Origin: an uncultured Chitinophagaceae bacterium
GTDB lineage: Bacteria; Planctomycetota; Planctomycetia; Pirellulales; UBA1268
DNA length: 40,620 nucleotides
Assembly: GCA_964555385.1 (NCBI GenBank)
Contig: CAZKSP010000002.1
Location: forward strand, 1-40,620
Direction of reading: 5' to 3'
Within the stretch, counting starts at the first letter, position 1, and every line of letters starts with the position of its first letter. The position numbers and the translations under genes are program-made. Below, piece after piece: positions 13,097-20,937 of this stretch. The notes under the pieces were generated by a model that was not told the DNA's origin, made no database searches, and saw only the letters and a list, made by a program, of their open reading frames with translations.

Positions 13097-15046
13097 ATGA
13101 ATTATTTTCTCCGCGCTCTTCGCGATGCCTCCAAAAGCTGGCCACTCTTGGTGGGGGCGTTCCTCTGCTCCGCTGGTGTTGCTGGGCTTTGGGGGGCGAA
13201 CATCGCAGCTTTGTTCCCGATCATTGAGGTCACGCTCAACGGCGAGTCGTTGCAGGATTGGAACACCGGTCGGATCAAAGAGGCCGAAGCCAGATTGGAA
13301 GAGCATGCCGAAGAGATCAGCCGACTAGAGGAACAGCTTGCTGGAGGCGGGCTACCCGACGCCGATCGTGTCGCTGCCCGCAGTCGCGTTGACTCACTGA
13401 GTCTCGCTGACAAGGGAGATGCCACCATCTTGTCGTCAGCTCGCTGGCTGCAGCCCTGGCTCGATGGCTATCTGCCCCGAGATCCCTTTCAGACGGTGTT
13501 GCTGGTGGTGGTGCTGATTGTGGTCAGCACTTTTCTCAAGCACAGCTTTCTGCTGACGAGCACGATGCTGGTCACCTATGTTGCAATGAGAATTTCGCGC
13601 GACATCCGCACTCGGATTTTCAACAAGGCCCTTGAACTCGATCGCACTCAATTCATGCGACAGGGCTCAGCCGGCTTCATGGCTCAGGTGACGCACACCG
13701 CCGAGATGCTTGCCGGTGGCATTACCACGGTTTACGGTGGTGCGGTCACCGAGCCGCTAAAAATTATTGCCTGTCTGACTGGCGCCTTCTTTATCTCCTG
13801 GCAGCTCACGCTGGCCTGCTTGACAATGGCCCCAGTGGTCGGATTTCTGATGGTTTGGCTCAATCGTCAGATGCGAAATGTCTCGAAGAACATTCTTTCG
13901 CAGGCCCTTGGCTTTCATCACGTAATGCTTGAGGCCCTCAATAATGTGCTAACGGTTCAGGCCTACACGATGGAGCCTTTCGAGCGGGATCGATTTCGCG
14001 AAAGCACCACCAAGATGATGCGGATAGGGATGCGTCATACTTTTTTTCGGGCACTGGCCAATCCGATCACTGAGATTCTCGGCATTGGCATGGTGGCGAC
14101 CTCAATTGCAGTCGGGGCCTGGCTGGTGATCAACCAGGAGACACAGATCTTCGGCATCACCATGACCGATCGGCCAATGACCGTACCCGGCATCATGGTC
14201 TTCTTCGGCATGCTGATTGGAGCGGCCGACCCGGTGCGAAAGCTATCTGGTGTCATCACCGGGATCAACGTTGGGATCGTTGGAGCTCAGTCGCTTTACC
14301 CACTGCTCGACACGCCATCGAAGTTGCGGGAGCAGCCCAATCCCCAACGGCTGCCCTCGCCTCATCGTGAGATTCGCTTCGATAAAGTCTCGTTCTCCTA
14401 CGACGGAATCGATACGGTGCTACGCGATGTCGATCTGTCGATCAATTTTGGTGAGCGGGTGGCCATTGTCGGCCCCAATGGCGGCGGCAAGAGCACCCTG
14501 ATCAATCTCATCTGCCGCTTCTATGATCCGAGCGAGGGCAAGGTGCTGCTCGACGGTGTGCCGCTTACCGATCTGGCTCTCGTTGATCTCCGTCGGCGGA
14601 TCGCAATCGTCACTCAGCAGACGGAACTGTTCAACGAAACGATTCTCTACAATATTCGCTACGGACGCTGGGACGCCACCGACGAAGAGATTGAGGCAGC
14701 GGCTCGCAAGGCCCGGGCCCATGATTTCATCGCCGACTTCCCCGAGGGCTACAAGACAAAGGTTGGGCCCAACGGCTTCCGGCTTTCCGGTGGTCAACGC
14801 CAGCGGATTGCCTTGGCCAGAGCTTTCCTTCGAGATGCCGAGATCTTGGTGCTCGACGAGGCGACCAGCCAAATCGATGTCGCCAGTGAAGAACTCATTC
14901 ATGAGGCACTTGCCCGGTACGTCGAGAACCGAACGGTGATCATGATCACCCACCGGCCCAGCACCCTGGCGCTGGCCGATACGATTCTGCAGGTTGATCA
15001 CGGGACCGTCACCAAGCGGCCGGCAGCGAGTCATCAGGCAGCATGA
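13097..15046 (+). CDS. ABC exporter, fused permease/ATPase (MsbA-like type I exporter)
   Basis: Walker A GPNGGGKST, signature LSGGQRQRIALARA, Walker B ILVLDEATS, H-loop ITHR, and an N-terminal 6-TM region. The track ORF starts at TTG 13064; I prefer ATG 13097 (MNYFLRAL). Confidence 0.9.
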   Translation: MNYFLRALRDASKSWPLLVGAFLCSAGVAGLWGANIAALFPIIEVTLNGESLQDWNTGRIKEAEARLEEHAEEISRLEEQLAGGGLPDADRVAARSRVDSLSLADKGDATILSSARWLQPWLDGYLPRDPFQTVLLVVVLIVVSTFLKHSFLLTSTMLVTYVAMRISRDIRTRIFNKALELDRTQFMRQGSAGFMAQVTHTAEMLAGGITTVYGGAVTEPLKIIACLTGAFFISWQLTLACLTMAPVVGFLMVWLNRQMRNVSKNILSQALGFHHVMLEALNNVLTVQAYTMEPFERDRFRESTTKMMRIGMRHTFFRALANPITEILGIGMVATSIAVGAWLVINQETQIFGITMTDRPMTVPGIMVFFGMLIGAADPVRKLSGVITGINVGIVGAQSLYPLLDTPSKLREQPNPQRLPSPHREIRFDKVSFSYDGIDTVLRDVDLSINFGERVAIVGPNGGGKSTLINLICRFYDPSEGKVLLDGVPLTDLALVDLRRRIAIVTQQTELFNETILYNIRYGRWDATDEEIEAAARKARAHDFIADFPEGYKTKVGPNGFRLSGGQRQRIALARAFLRDAEILVLDEATSQIDVASEELIHEALARYVENRTVIMITHRPSTLALADTILQVDHGTVTKRPAASHQAA

Positions 15047-15300
15047 TGCCAACGTCAGGCTTCTTTCAGATCTCCTGCCCAAACGACCATCTGGTCCGGG
15101 TTCCAGTGGGCTTGGCAGAAGAAGACCTTGTTTGCCCACAGTGCAGCGAACGGTTTGTCGCACGTGCCGCTGACAGCCTGGAGGCGGGTGAGGACCGTGT
15201 CGAGCGGGCAGCCCGGCAGTGGCTCTGGGTGGCGGTGGCAACGGCTGCTCTGTTGGTCGTCACTGGTGTCGGTGCATTTCTGGCCGGCATGCTCGGCTAG
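15043..15300 (+). CDS. Small zinc-ribbon-like protein with a C-terminal transmembrane anchor (hypothetical)
   Basis: 85 aa. The start overlaps the ABC stop (ATGA). Contains SCPNDH...CPQC and a C-terminal hydrophobic helix, WLWVAVATAALLVVTGVGAFLAGML. Confidence 0.55.
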   Translation: MMPTSGFFQISCPNDHLVRVPVGLAEEDLVCPQCSERFVARAADSLEAGEDRVERAARQWLWVAVATAALLVVTGVGAFLAGMLG

Positions 15301-15433
15301 CAGCTGCCGGACGCGATTGAGTCATTGGGGGCCTGATACCTTGTCGCTCACCGGCCAGTTCACACGACAGGAAACCAGGAGCGGAAGCGACTGGCAGGAC
15401 GGAGCAGGCGTGTCCTATCGCGAATGAGTCTGG

Positions 15434-15832
15434 TCAACGCGGCGAGGAGATTTTTCGTAGGAGCCATTGGATGGCGGCGGTGTTGGCTGGCGGGAACCGG
15501 CAGCCGGCAAGCTCTTCCGCGGTGAGCCAGGTGAAGGGTGGTCGCGGCACAGTACAGGCTGGACGGGCGAGCCTGCCGCTGAAGAAATCAATTCGGCTGT
15601 TGGTATCTGTCACGCGGTCTGAGGCAATCAGTCCTTCGACCACAATCTCCAGCCCGGTCTCTTCCCAACATTCTCGCCGAGCAGCGGCTTCAGCGGTCTC
15701 AGCCGGTTCGATTTTCCCACCGGGAAACTCTGCATAGCCGGCGGCACTGACTGCCGTCAGTGGCCGCCGGCCGACGAGTGCCCGGTGTTCGTGGATGACG
15801 AGAACAACGGCAATGGCGACTGGGCCCGACAA
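15434..15832 (-). CDS. NUDIX hydrolase (MutT-like)
   Basis: 132 aa. Nudix box GGKIEPAETAEAAARRECWEETGLE. TTG start 10 nt downstream of the fabI stop, so probably co-transcribed with fabI. Confidence 0.85.
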   Translation of the reverse strand: MSGPVAIAVVLVIHEHRALVGRRPLTAVSAAGYAEFPGGKIEPAETAEAAARRECWEETGLEIVVEGLIASDRVTDTNSRIDFFSGRLARPACTVPRPPFTWLTAEELAGCRFPPANTAAIQWLLRKISSPR

Positions 15833-15841
15833 AACTGTCCG

Positions 15842-16666
15842 TCACTCCCCTTTGGGAACGAGATCGAGCAGCCGGCCGGGTGATCCCATGATGTTGTATC
15901 CGGCATCAACATGCAGCAATTCGCCAGTGATGCCGAGAGAATCACGGGAAACGAGCCAAGCGCCGGCTTTGCCGACCTCCTCGTGGGTGATGTTCCTTCC
16001 AAGTGGAGACATGTGCTGGTAGAGGCCAAGCATGTCCTCGACGCCCGCACCGCGGCCAGCGAGTGTCCGCAGAGGACCAGCACTAATGGCGTTGACCCGG
16101 ACCCCTTGCGGCCCTAGGTCATAGGCCATGTACTTCACGCAGGCGTCGAGAGTCGCCTTACAAACCCCCATAATGTTGTATCCAGGCACCACTTTTTCGC
16201 CACCAAAATAGGTCAGCGTGAGAATGGCGGCATTGGGGGCGAGGATCTCGCGGCCAAGTCGTCCGACGGCCAGCAGGCTGTAAGCGCTGGTTTCCATCGC
16301 CAGCCGGAAGCCCTCGCGGCTGCAGTTGGTGGTTTCGCCCTTGAGGTCTTCCATTGGGGCGTAGGCAATGGAATGGATAAGAAAATCGAGCGACCCAAAC
16401 TCGGCCTTCGCTTTGTCCATGACGGCGGCGATTTGCTCGTCGCTTGAAACGTCCATCGGGACGAGAAATTTGGCATTGGGCTCCGGATCTGTCAGCAAGG
16501 CCACCCGGCGGCGGTTGCGTTGCCGCTGATCATCCGGCTTGTCGGGCAGATGGCTGAAACCGATCGCCGCCCCCCCGTCGAGTAGTTCCTTCGCGATCGA
16601 CCAGGCGATCGAATGATCGTTAGCAACGCCAAGGACAAGACCTTTCAAACCTTCGTAGCGACCCAT
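15842..16666 (-). CDS. fabI: Enoyl-[acyl-carrier-protein] reductase (NADH)
   Basis: 274 aa. GLKGLVLGVANDHSIAWSIAKEL at the N-terminus, SDR fold length, GGAGG 4 nt before the ATG. Confidence 0.92.
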   Translation of the reverse strand: MGRYEGLKGLVLGVANDHSIAWSIAKELLDGGAAIGFSHLPDKPDDQRQRNRRRVALLTDPEPNAKFLVPMDVSSDEQIAAVMDKAKAEFGSLDFLIHSIAYAPMEDLKGETTNCSREGFRLAMETSAYSLLAVGRLGREILAPNAAILTLTYFGGEKVVPGYNIMGVCKATLDACVKYMAYDLGPQGVRVNAISAGPLRTLAGRGAGVEDMLGLYQHMSPLGRNITHEEVGKAGAWLVSRDSLGITGELLHVDAGYNIMGSPGRLLDLVPKGE

Positions 16667-16795
16667 AAATCCTCCGCGGGGGCAAGTATTTCCAATCGGC
16701 TCGAAATGTAACGAGTCGGCCGGATTCCCTCAACGTGCTGGCTGCGAGCAGCCGAACGGGACTGCTTGCTGTGTGTGCTGGTCGGTTCCACCCCC

Positions 16796-16824
16796 TTGCC
16801 TCAGCAGCCAGTGGCAGGTAGATT
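16796..16824 (+). promoter_or_regulatory. Putative sigma70-type promoter of tRNA-Lys (TTGCCT, 17-nt spacer, TAGATT)
   Basis: The hexamers and spacing were read directly from the sequence. The -10 ends 11 nt before the mature tRNA 5' end. Confidence 0.45.
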
Positions 16825-16835
16825 TTTTTCCGGAT

Positions 16836-16909
16836 GCCCCGTTAGCTCAATTGGTTAGAGCATCTGACTCTTAATCAGAGGGTTCTAGGTTCGAGTCCTA
16901 GACGGGGTA
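16836..16909 (+). tRNA. tRNA-Lys (anticodon CUU); CCA not encoded
   Basis: Cloverleaf folded by hand. Acceptor GCCCCGT/ACGGGGT (G1-U72 wobble). D arm GCTC-AATTGGTTA-GAGC. Anticodon arm TCTGA-CTCTTAA-TCAGA. Variable loop GGGTT. T arm CTAGG-TTCGAGT-CCTAG. Discriminator A. Confidence 0.9.
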
Positions 16910-17006
16910 CTTTCTTGCTCGCGGTATTCGCGACGGTCAGCGTAGTCTACCCCGATCTTCTCCTGCGGTGTTGCATTGGCTGGCGGACCCGAATGGGCTT
17001 ACCACC

Positions 17007-17060
17007 CCGTATGCACTTGTGGCTCCGTATGCACTCGCCACCCCGTATGCACTCGCCACC
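17007..17060. repeat. Three head-to-tail 18-bp direct repeats with core CCGTATGCACT
   Basis: CCGTATGCACTTGTGGCT, CCGTATGCACTCGCCACC, CCGTATGCACTCGCCACC at 17007, 17025 and 17043. Confidence 0.9.
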
Positions 17061-17123
17061 CCTACGTGAGGGGCAGGGTTTACGGTTGCCCCGATCATTC
17101 ACTCATTTCTATTACATACATAC

Positions 17124-17151
17124 TTGCTTGCTTGCCGCTTGATGTTATAGT
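17124..17151 (+). promoter_or_regulatory. Putative sigma70-type promoter (TTGCTT, 16-nt spacer, TATAGT) for the 17220 gene
   Basis: Hexamers read directly from the sequence. It sits in a block of about 44% GC (hand count over 17081-17220). Confidence 0.45.
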
Positions 17152-17219
17152 TCGGAAGATCTGGCTTTTATCCAACGACCAATGGCCTCTGGCCTCAGAA
17201 GAAGAGAGTAGATTGTCTT

Positions 17220-17594
17220 ATGGCAGATGCGAAAGCGAAAGATGTGAATAAGTCTGAAGAAATCCGAAAAATCGCCAACAGCATGAAGGCGAAGGGCGAG
17301 AAGCCCCGTCCGGTGACAATTATCACAGCACTTGGTAAGCAGGGGATCGAGGTTTCCTCACCGCAGGTTTCGATGGTGCTGAAGCGAATGGGTTTCCGGC
17401 CCCGGAAACGCCGAAAGGGCGGAAAGGCTGCTGCCACTCGTCCCGCCGCCGCTAAGAAGCCGGTCGCACGAGGGAAGGCGGCCACCACAATTTCAGTTGA
17501 TGACCTGCTGGCAGCCAAGAAAGTTGCCGAAAAGTTCGGTTCGGCTGAGCAGGCCATTAAGGTGCTTGAGGCACTCAAGCGGTTCGAGGGCTGA
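17220..17594 (+). CDS. Small Lys/Ala-rich basic protein (hypothetical; candidate DNA-binding / nucleoid-associated protein)
   Basis: 124-aa ATG ORF with a central basic tract, FRPRKRRKGGKAAATRPAAAKKPVARGKAA. It has its own promoter-like element and a strong terminator. Confidence 0.7.
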   Translation: MADAKAKDVNKSEEIRKIANSMKAKGEKPRPVTIITALGKQGIEVSSPQVSMVLKRMGFRPRKRRKGGKAAATRPAAAKKPVARGKAATTISVDDLLAAKKVAEKFGSAEQAIKVLEALKRFEG

Positions 17595-17614
17595 TCGGGC
17601 CCCCTTAGACAGAT

Positions 17615-17650
17615 TTTTGCAAGACCGTGGCGGCGCCTCCAGCGCCGCCA
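17615..17650 (+). terminator. Rho-independent terminator
   Basis: Perfect 12-bp stem CCGTGGCGGCGC / GCGCCGCCACGG, loop CTCCA, then T7. It begins 21 nt after the stop of the 17220 gene. Confidence 0.85.
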
Positions 17651-17824
17651 CGGTTTTTTTATGTGAATCTTGTTGGGAGGCGGTGGCAGCCATGGGTTGC
17701 CATTCCCGGGCGGGAACGGCTGTCGTTAGACTTCGTCCGACTGGGAGCTAAAGAACTATGCCCCAGATTTCCTCTGAACTCGGAAAAATATCTTCCGTTT
17801 TTTTGCTTCATACAGAGGCGATTC

Positions 17825-19156
17825 ATGACAGCCGATGCCCCCAAGCTTTTCGTGCTCGACACGAATGTGATCCTGCACGACTCCAATTGCATTCGAAACT
17901 TCGAGGAGCACGATGTCGCTATTCCAATCACGGTGCTCGAGGAACTCGATAAGTTCAAGCGGGGCAATGAAGATATTCATTTTCAGGCCCGCCAGTTTCT
18001 TCGTCAGTTGGATGCCCTGACTGGGGATGTGCTTTCCGTCGACGGGGCACCGCTGGGGGCTGGCCGTGGGGGTATACGGGTGATTATTGGGGCAGAGCGG
18101 CAGGCTTGCGTCGCCGAAGCGTTTCTTGAGAACACCCCGGACCACCGAATTCTCAATACTGCCGTCTGGCTGCAGCGGGAGCGTCCGAACAGGCCGGTCA
18201 TTCTGGTCTCGAAAGACACCAACCTCAGAATGAAGGCAAAAGCGCTTGGGGTACCGGCACAGGACTACACCAGTGATAAGATCGAGAGCTTTGACAAGCT
18301 TTACATGGGGAAACGGGTGGTTGAGGCAACACCAGCTGAGGCGATCAACCGACTTTATAGTGACGGCGACGGAGTGCCAGCGGCTGATTTGCCGTTCGTC
18401 GATTCGCCGATCGCCAACGAAAACTTCATTCTCCGAGATGGCAGTAAGTCGGTGTTGGCGACCTACCGGTCTGGTGATGATGCCTTCGTGCGGGTGGAAA
18501 AGAACACCTGTTACGGCATAACCCCGCGAAATGCGGAGCAGTCATTTGCTCTTCATGCCCTCCTCAACGATGACATCAAACTCGTTACACTTGCTGGAAC
18601 GGCCGGAACTGGAAAAACGCTGCTGGCGTTAGCGGCTGCCCTCGAATGCCGTCAGCAGTACCGCCAGATTCTGCTCGCGCGGCCAGTTGTCCCACTGTCG
18701 AATCGTGACCTCGGTTTTCTGCCGGGAGACATATCCGACAAGCTCGACCCGTACATGCAACCCTTATACGACAACCTGACGGTCATCCGCCATCAGTTCC
18801 ATGAAAACTCTCCCGCCGCCCAGCGGATTCTGGAGATGCGGGAATCAGAAAAACTGCTCGTCACCCCGCTGGCCTATATTCGGGGCCGAAGCCTACAGCG
18901 GATCTACTTCATTGTTGATGAGGCCCAGAACCTCACCCCCCACGAAATCAAAACAATCATTACACGGGCCGGCGAAGGCACCAAGATTATTTTCACTGGT
19001 GATATTCGGCAGATTGACCAGCCGTACCTTGATGCCCTTTCCAATGGGCTGAGCTATCTCATCAACCGAATGGTCGGACAGCCAATCTATGCCCATATCA
19101 CCCTTGAAAAGGGCGAGCGGTCGCCACTGGCCGATCTTGCCAGCGAGCTGTTGTAA
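17825..19156 (+). CDS. PhoH-like ATPase with an N-terminal PIN domain (PhoH2 / YlaK family)
   Basis: PIN start [19 protein letters not shown]...ITVLEELD. PhoH P-loop [10 protein letters not shown]. Walker [13 protein letters not shown] sits 6 nt before ATG 17825. The track ORF (17627) extends upstream through the terminator and is unlikely to be the true start. Confidence 0.88.
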   Translation: MTADAPKLFVLDTNVILHDSNCIRNFEEHDVAIPITVLEELDKFKRGNEDIHFQARQFLRQLDALTGDVLSVDGAPLGAGRGGIRVIIGAERQACVAEAFLENTPDHRILNTAVWLQRERPNRPVILVSKDTNLRMKAKALGVPAQDYTSDKIESFDKLYMGKRVVEATPAEAINRLYSDGDGVPAADLPFVDSPIANENFILRDGSKSVLATYRSGDDAFVRVEKNTCYGITPRNAEQSFALHALLNDDIKLVTLAGTAGTGKTLLALAAALECRQQYRQILLARPVVPLSNRDLGFLPGDISDKLDPYMQPLYDNLTVIRHQFHENSPAAQRILEMRESEKLLVTPLAYIRGRSLQRIYFIVDEAQNLTPHEIKTIITRAGEGTKIIFTGDIRQIDQPYLDALSNGLSYLINRMVGQPIYAHITLEKGERSPLADLASELL

Positions 19157-19176
19157 AAGCGGATGCCGGTGGGAAA

Positions 19177-20649
19177 TCACCTGCTTAGCCGTTCGTTCCA
19201 GGCAGCTGCTGCTTGGGGCTCGAAGGTGACAAGGTCGAAGCTGTCTCGGACGACGGCACGCACACTTCGCAGATCGACCTTGCCCTCACGGGCCATCAGC
19301 TGCACCAGCAGATTACCGATAGCCGTGGCTTCAATCGGTCCGGCCACCACAGGCCGATCGGCTGCATCGGCGATCATCTGGCAGAGCAGGCGGTTCTGGA
19401 CGCCACCTCCGACGACATGGATGCGGCCGATCCGACGGCCCACCAGTTCGTCAAGTTCACCGAGTGTCCGCCGAATGGCGGCGGCGACACTCTCCAAGGC
19501 CGTCCGAACAACGGCACCGGTCGATTCGGGAACAGGTTCGCCTGCCGACCGGGCCAACTCGCGGATCGCTGCAGGCATGTCCGCAGGCGCAACGAGGGCC
19601 GGGTGGTTCGGGTCGACCAGTGTTGCCAGCGACGGGGCTTCTGCCGCGAGTGCTGTGAGTTGATCCCAGGTCCACTCCTGACCTGCCCGCAACCAGCTGG
19701 CTCGACACTGCTGGACCAGCCAAAGCCCACAGACATTCTTGAGCAGCCTGGTTGTCCCTCCCACGCCGCCTTCGTTGGTAAAGTTGCGGGCGAGGCATTC
19801 CGGCGTCACCAGTGGACGGTCTAGTTCAGCTCCGACGAGTGCCCATGTGCCGAGGCTGACATAACACCAGTCAGGACGGGCCGCCGGTGGCTCAAGAGCC
19901 GGCACGGCAGCCACGGCACTAGCGGTATCGTGGGTGCCAGGTAGCACCACCCGAACATCTCGGAGACCTGTTTCCGTGGCGACATCGGCTCTCAGGCCGC
20001 CCAGATCCTGCCCCGGTTCGGCAACAGGGGCGAAGAGCCTAGGAGGCAGGCCAAACCGCTCCAGCAGCCCGTCGGCCCAGCAGTTCTGCTGGGGATCGAA
20101 GCACTGGGTTGTTGTGGCATTGGTCCGCTCATTCGAGCGTTCCCCCGAAAGCAGCCAGTGCATCAGATCTGGGATCATCAGGAAGCGATCGGCTGCCTCG
20201 AGCAGCCGCGGATGATCTCGCTTCAGGGCCAGCAGCTGGTAGAGCGTATTGATCTCCATGAACTGCAGGCCCGTGGCCGCAAAGATATCGGCCCGAGAAA
20301 CGGTGGCGGTGGCAGTCTCTAGCAGCCCGTGCGTGCGTGCATCCCGGTAGCAGACTGGATTGGCGAGAAGGGCGTTGTCGGCTGTGAGAAAGCTGTAATC
20401 GACTCCCCACGTGTCGACGCCGATGCTGCAGACAGCTCCTCCGTGCCTGCCCTCAGCAAGCCGTAGTCCACCGAGGATCTCATTCCAGAGCCGCACAAGA
20501 TCCCAGACCAGGTTTCCCCCCATTTTAACAGGGGCATTTTCAAAGCGATGGAGTTCTGCCAATTCGAGTAATCGGCCGTCAAAAGCTCCGGAAACTACCC
20601 TGCCCCCGGAGGCCCCGAGATCAACCGCCAGCGCAACCGTACGTGCCAT
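19177..20649 (-). CDS. rhaB: Rhamnulokinase (FGGY carbohydrate kinase family)
   Basis: Motifs LAVDLGASGGRV, GVDTWGVDY, CYRDARTHG, GLQFMEINTLYQLLALK, LMIPDLMHWLLSG and NATTTQCFD resemble RhaB. ATG 20649 is preferred over the track start 20700 (GGGGAGA 5 nt upstream). Confidence 0.82.
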   Translation of the reverse strand: MARTVALAVDLGASGGRVVSGAFDGRLLELAELHRFENAPVKMGGNLVWDLVRLWNEILGGLRLAEGRHGGAVCSIGVDTWGVDYSFLTADNALLANPVCYRDARTHGLLETATATVSRADIFAATGLQFMEINTLYQLLALKRDHPRLLEAADRFLMIPDLMHWLLSGERSNERTNATTTQCFDPQQNCWADGLLERFGLPPRLFAPVAEPGQDLGGLRADVATETGLRDVRVVLPGTHDTASAVAAVPALEPPAARPDWCYVSLGTWALVGAELDRPLVTPECLARNFTNEGGVGGTTRLLKNVCGLWLVQQCRASWLRAGQEWTWDQLTALAAEAPSLATLVDPNHPALVAPADMPAAIRELARSAGEPVPESTGAVVRTALESVAAAIRRTLGELDELVGRRIGRIHVVGGGVQNRLLCQMIADAADRPVVAGPIEATAIGNLLVQLMAREGKVDLRSVRAVVRDSFDLVTFEPQAAAAWNERLSR

Positions 20650-20937
20650 TTTTGTCTCCCCTCGCGTCAGCTTTTTTGGGTGGGCCAGTTCAGCAACCAC
20701 AGCAATCTTGTTGTACCAGCCCTGATGCCCACCGGCAGGGGGCTAAGCCGGGGAATCTGGGTGGAGCATTCCGCGCGGCATGCTGCATGTTCTCAGGCGT
20801 CCCCGTCCACTGCCGATGCCCCTACGAGATGATGCAGCGGTTTACGCCCTCCGGCGGGGATGGCACGATATCATCGACCTCGGGCAGCAATGCCGATTGG
20901 CCCACCCGCGGTTTCCCCGCTGAAATGAGACAGTCAC

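Noticed and set aside
17007-17060. Could the 18-bp tandem repeats be a CRISPR array or a coding repeat?
   Set aside because: The repeats are contiguous with no spacers, there are only three copies, and no cas genes are present. The ORFs spanning them have no start context or coding signal.
16836-19156. Integrated mobile element or genomic islet at tRNA-Lys
   Set aside because: I saw no integrase, recombinase or phage genes and no direct repeat of the tRNA 3' end downstream. The segment holds only a small basic gene and a widely conserved PhoH2. A partial resemblance of 17084-17102 (GGTTGCCCCGATCATTCAC) to the tRNA 5' end (about 14 of 19) involves the wrong end for an att duplication and is probably chance.
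17220-19156. Small upstream ORF plus PIN-PhoH2 as a toxin-antitoxin-like bicistron
   Set aside because: A strong terminator and a 230-nt gap separate the two genes, with no overlap or coupling. The upstream protein looks like a basic DNA-binding protein rather than a typical antitoxin.
20650-20937. 288-nt rhaB-cysH divergent region as a possible SAM or sulfur riboswitch, or a hidden gene (ORFs 20643-21200 plus strand, 20822-21016 minus strand)
   Set aside because: I could find no SAM-I/II/SAH core motifs by eye. The ORFs run out of frame into cysH and have Arg/Pro/Gly-rich compositions. A covariance-model scan would be needed to exclude an RNA element.
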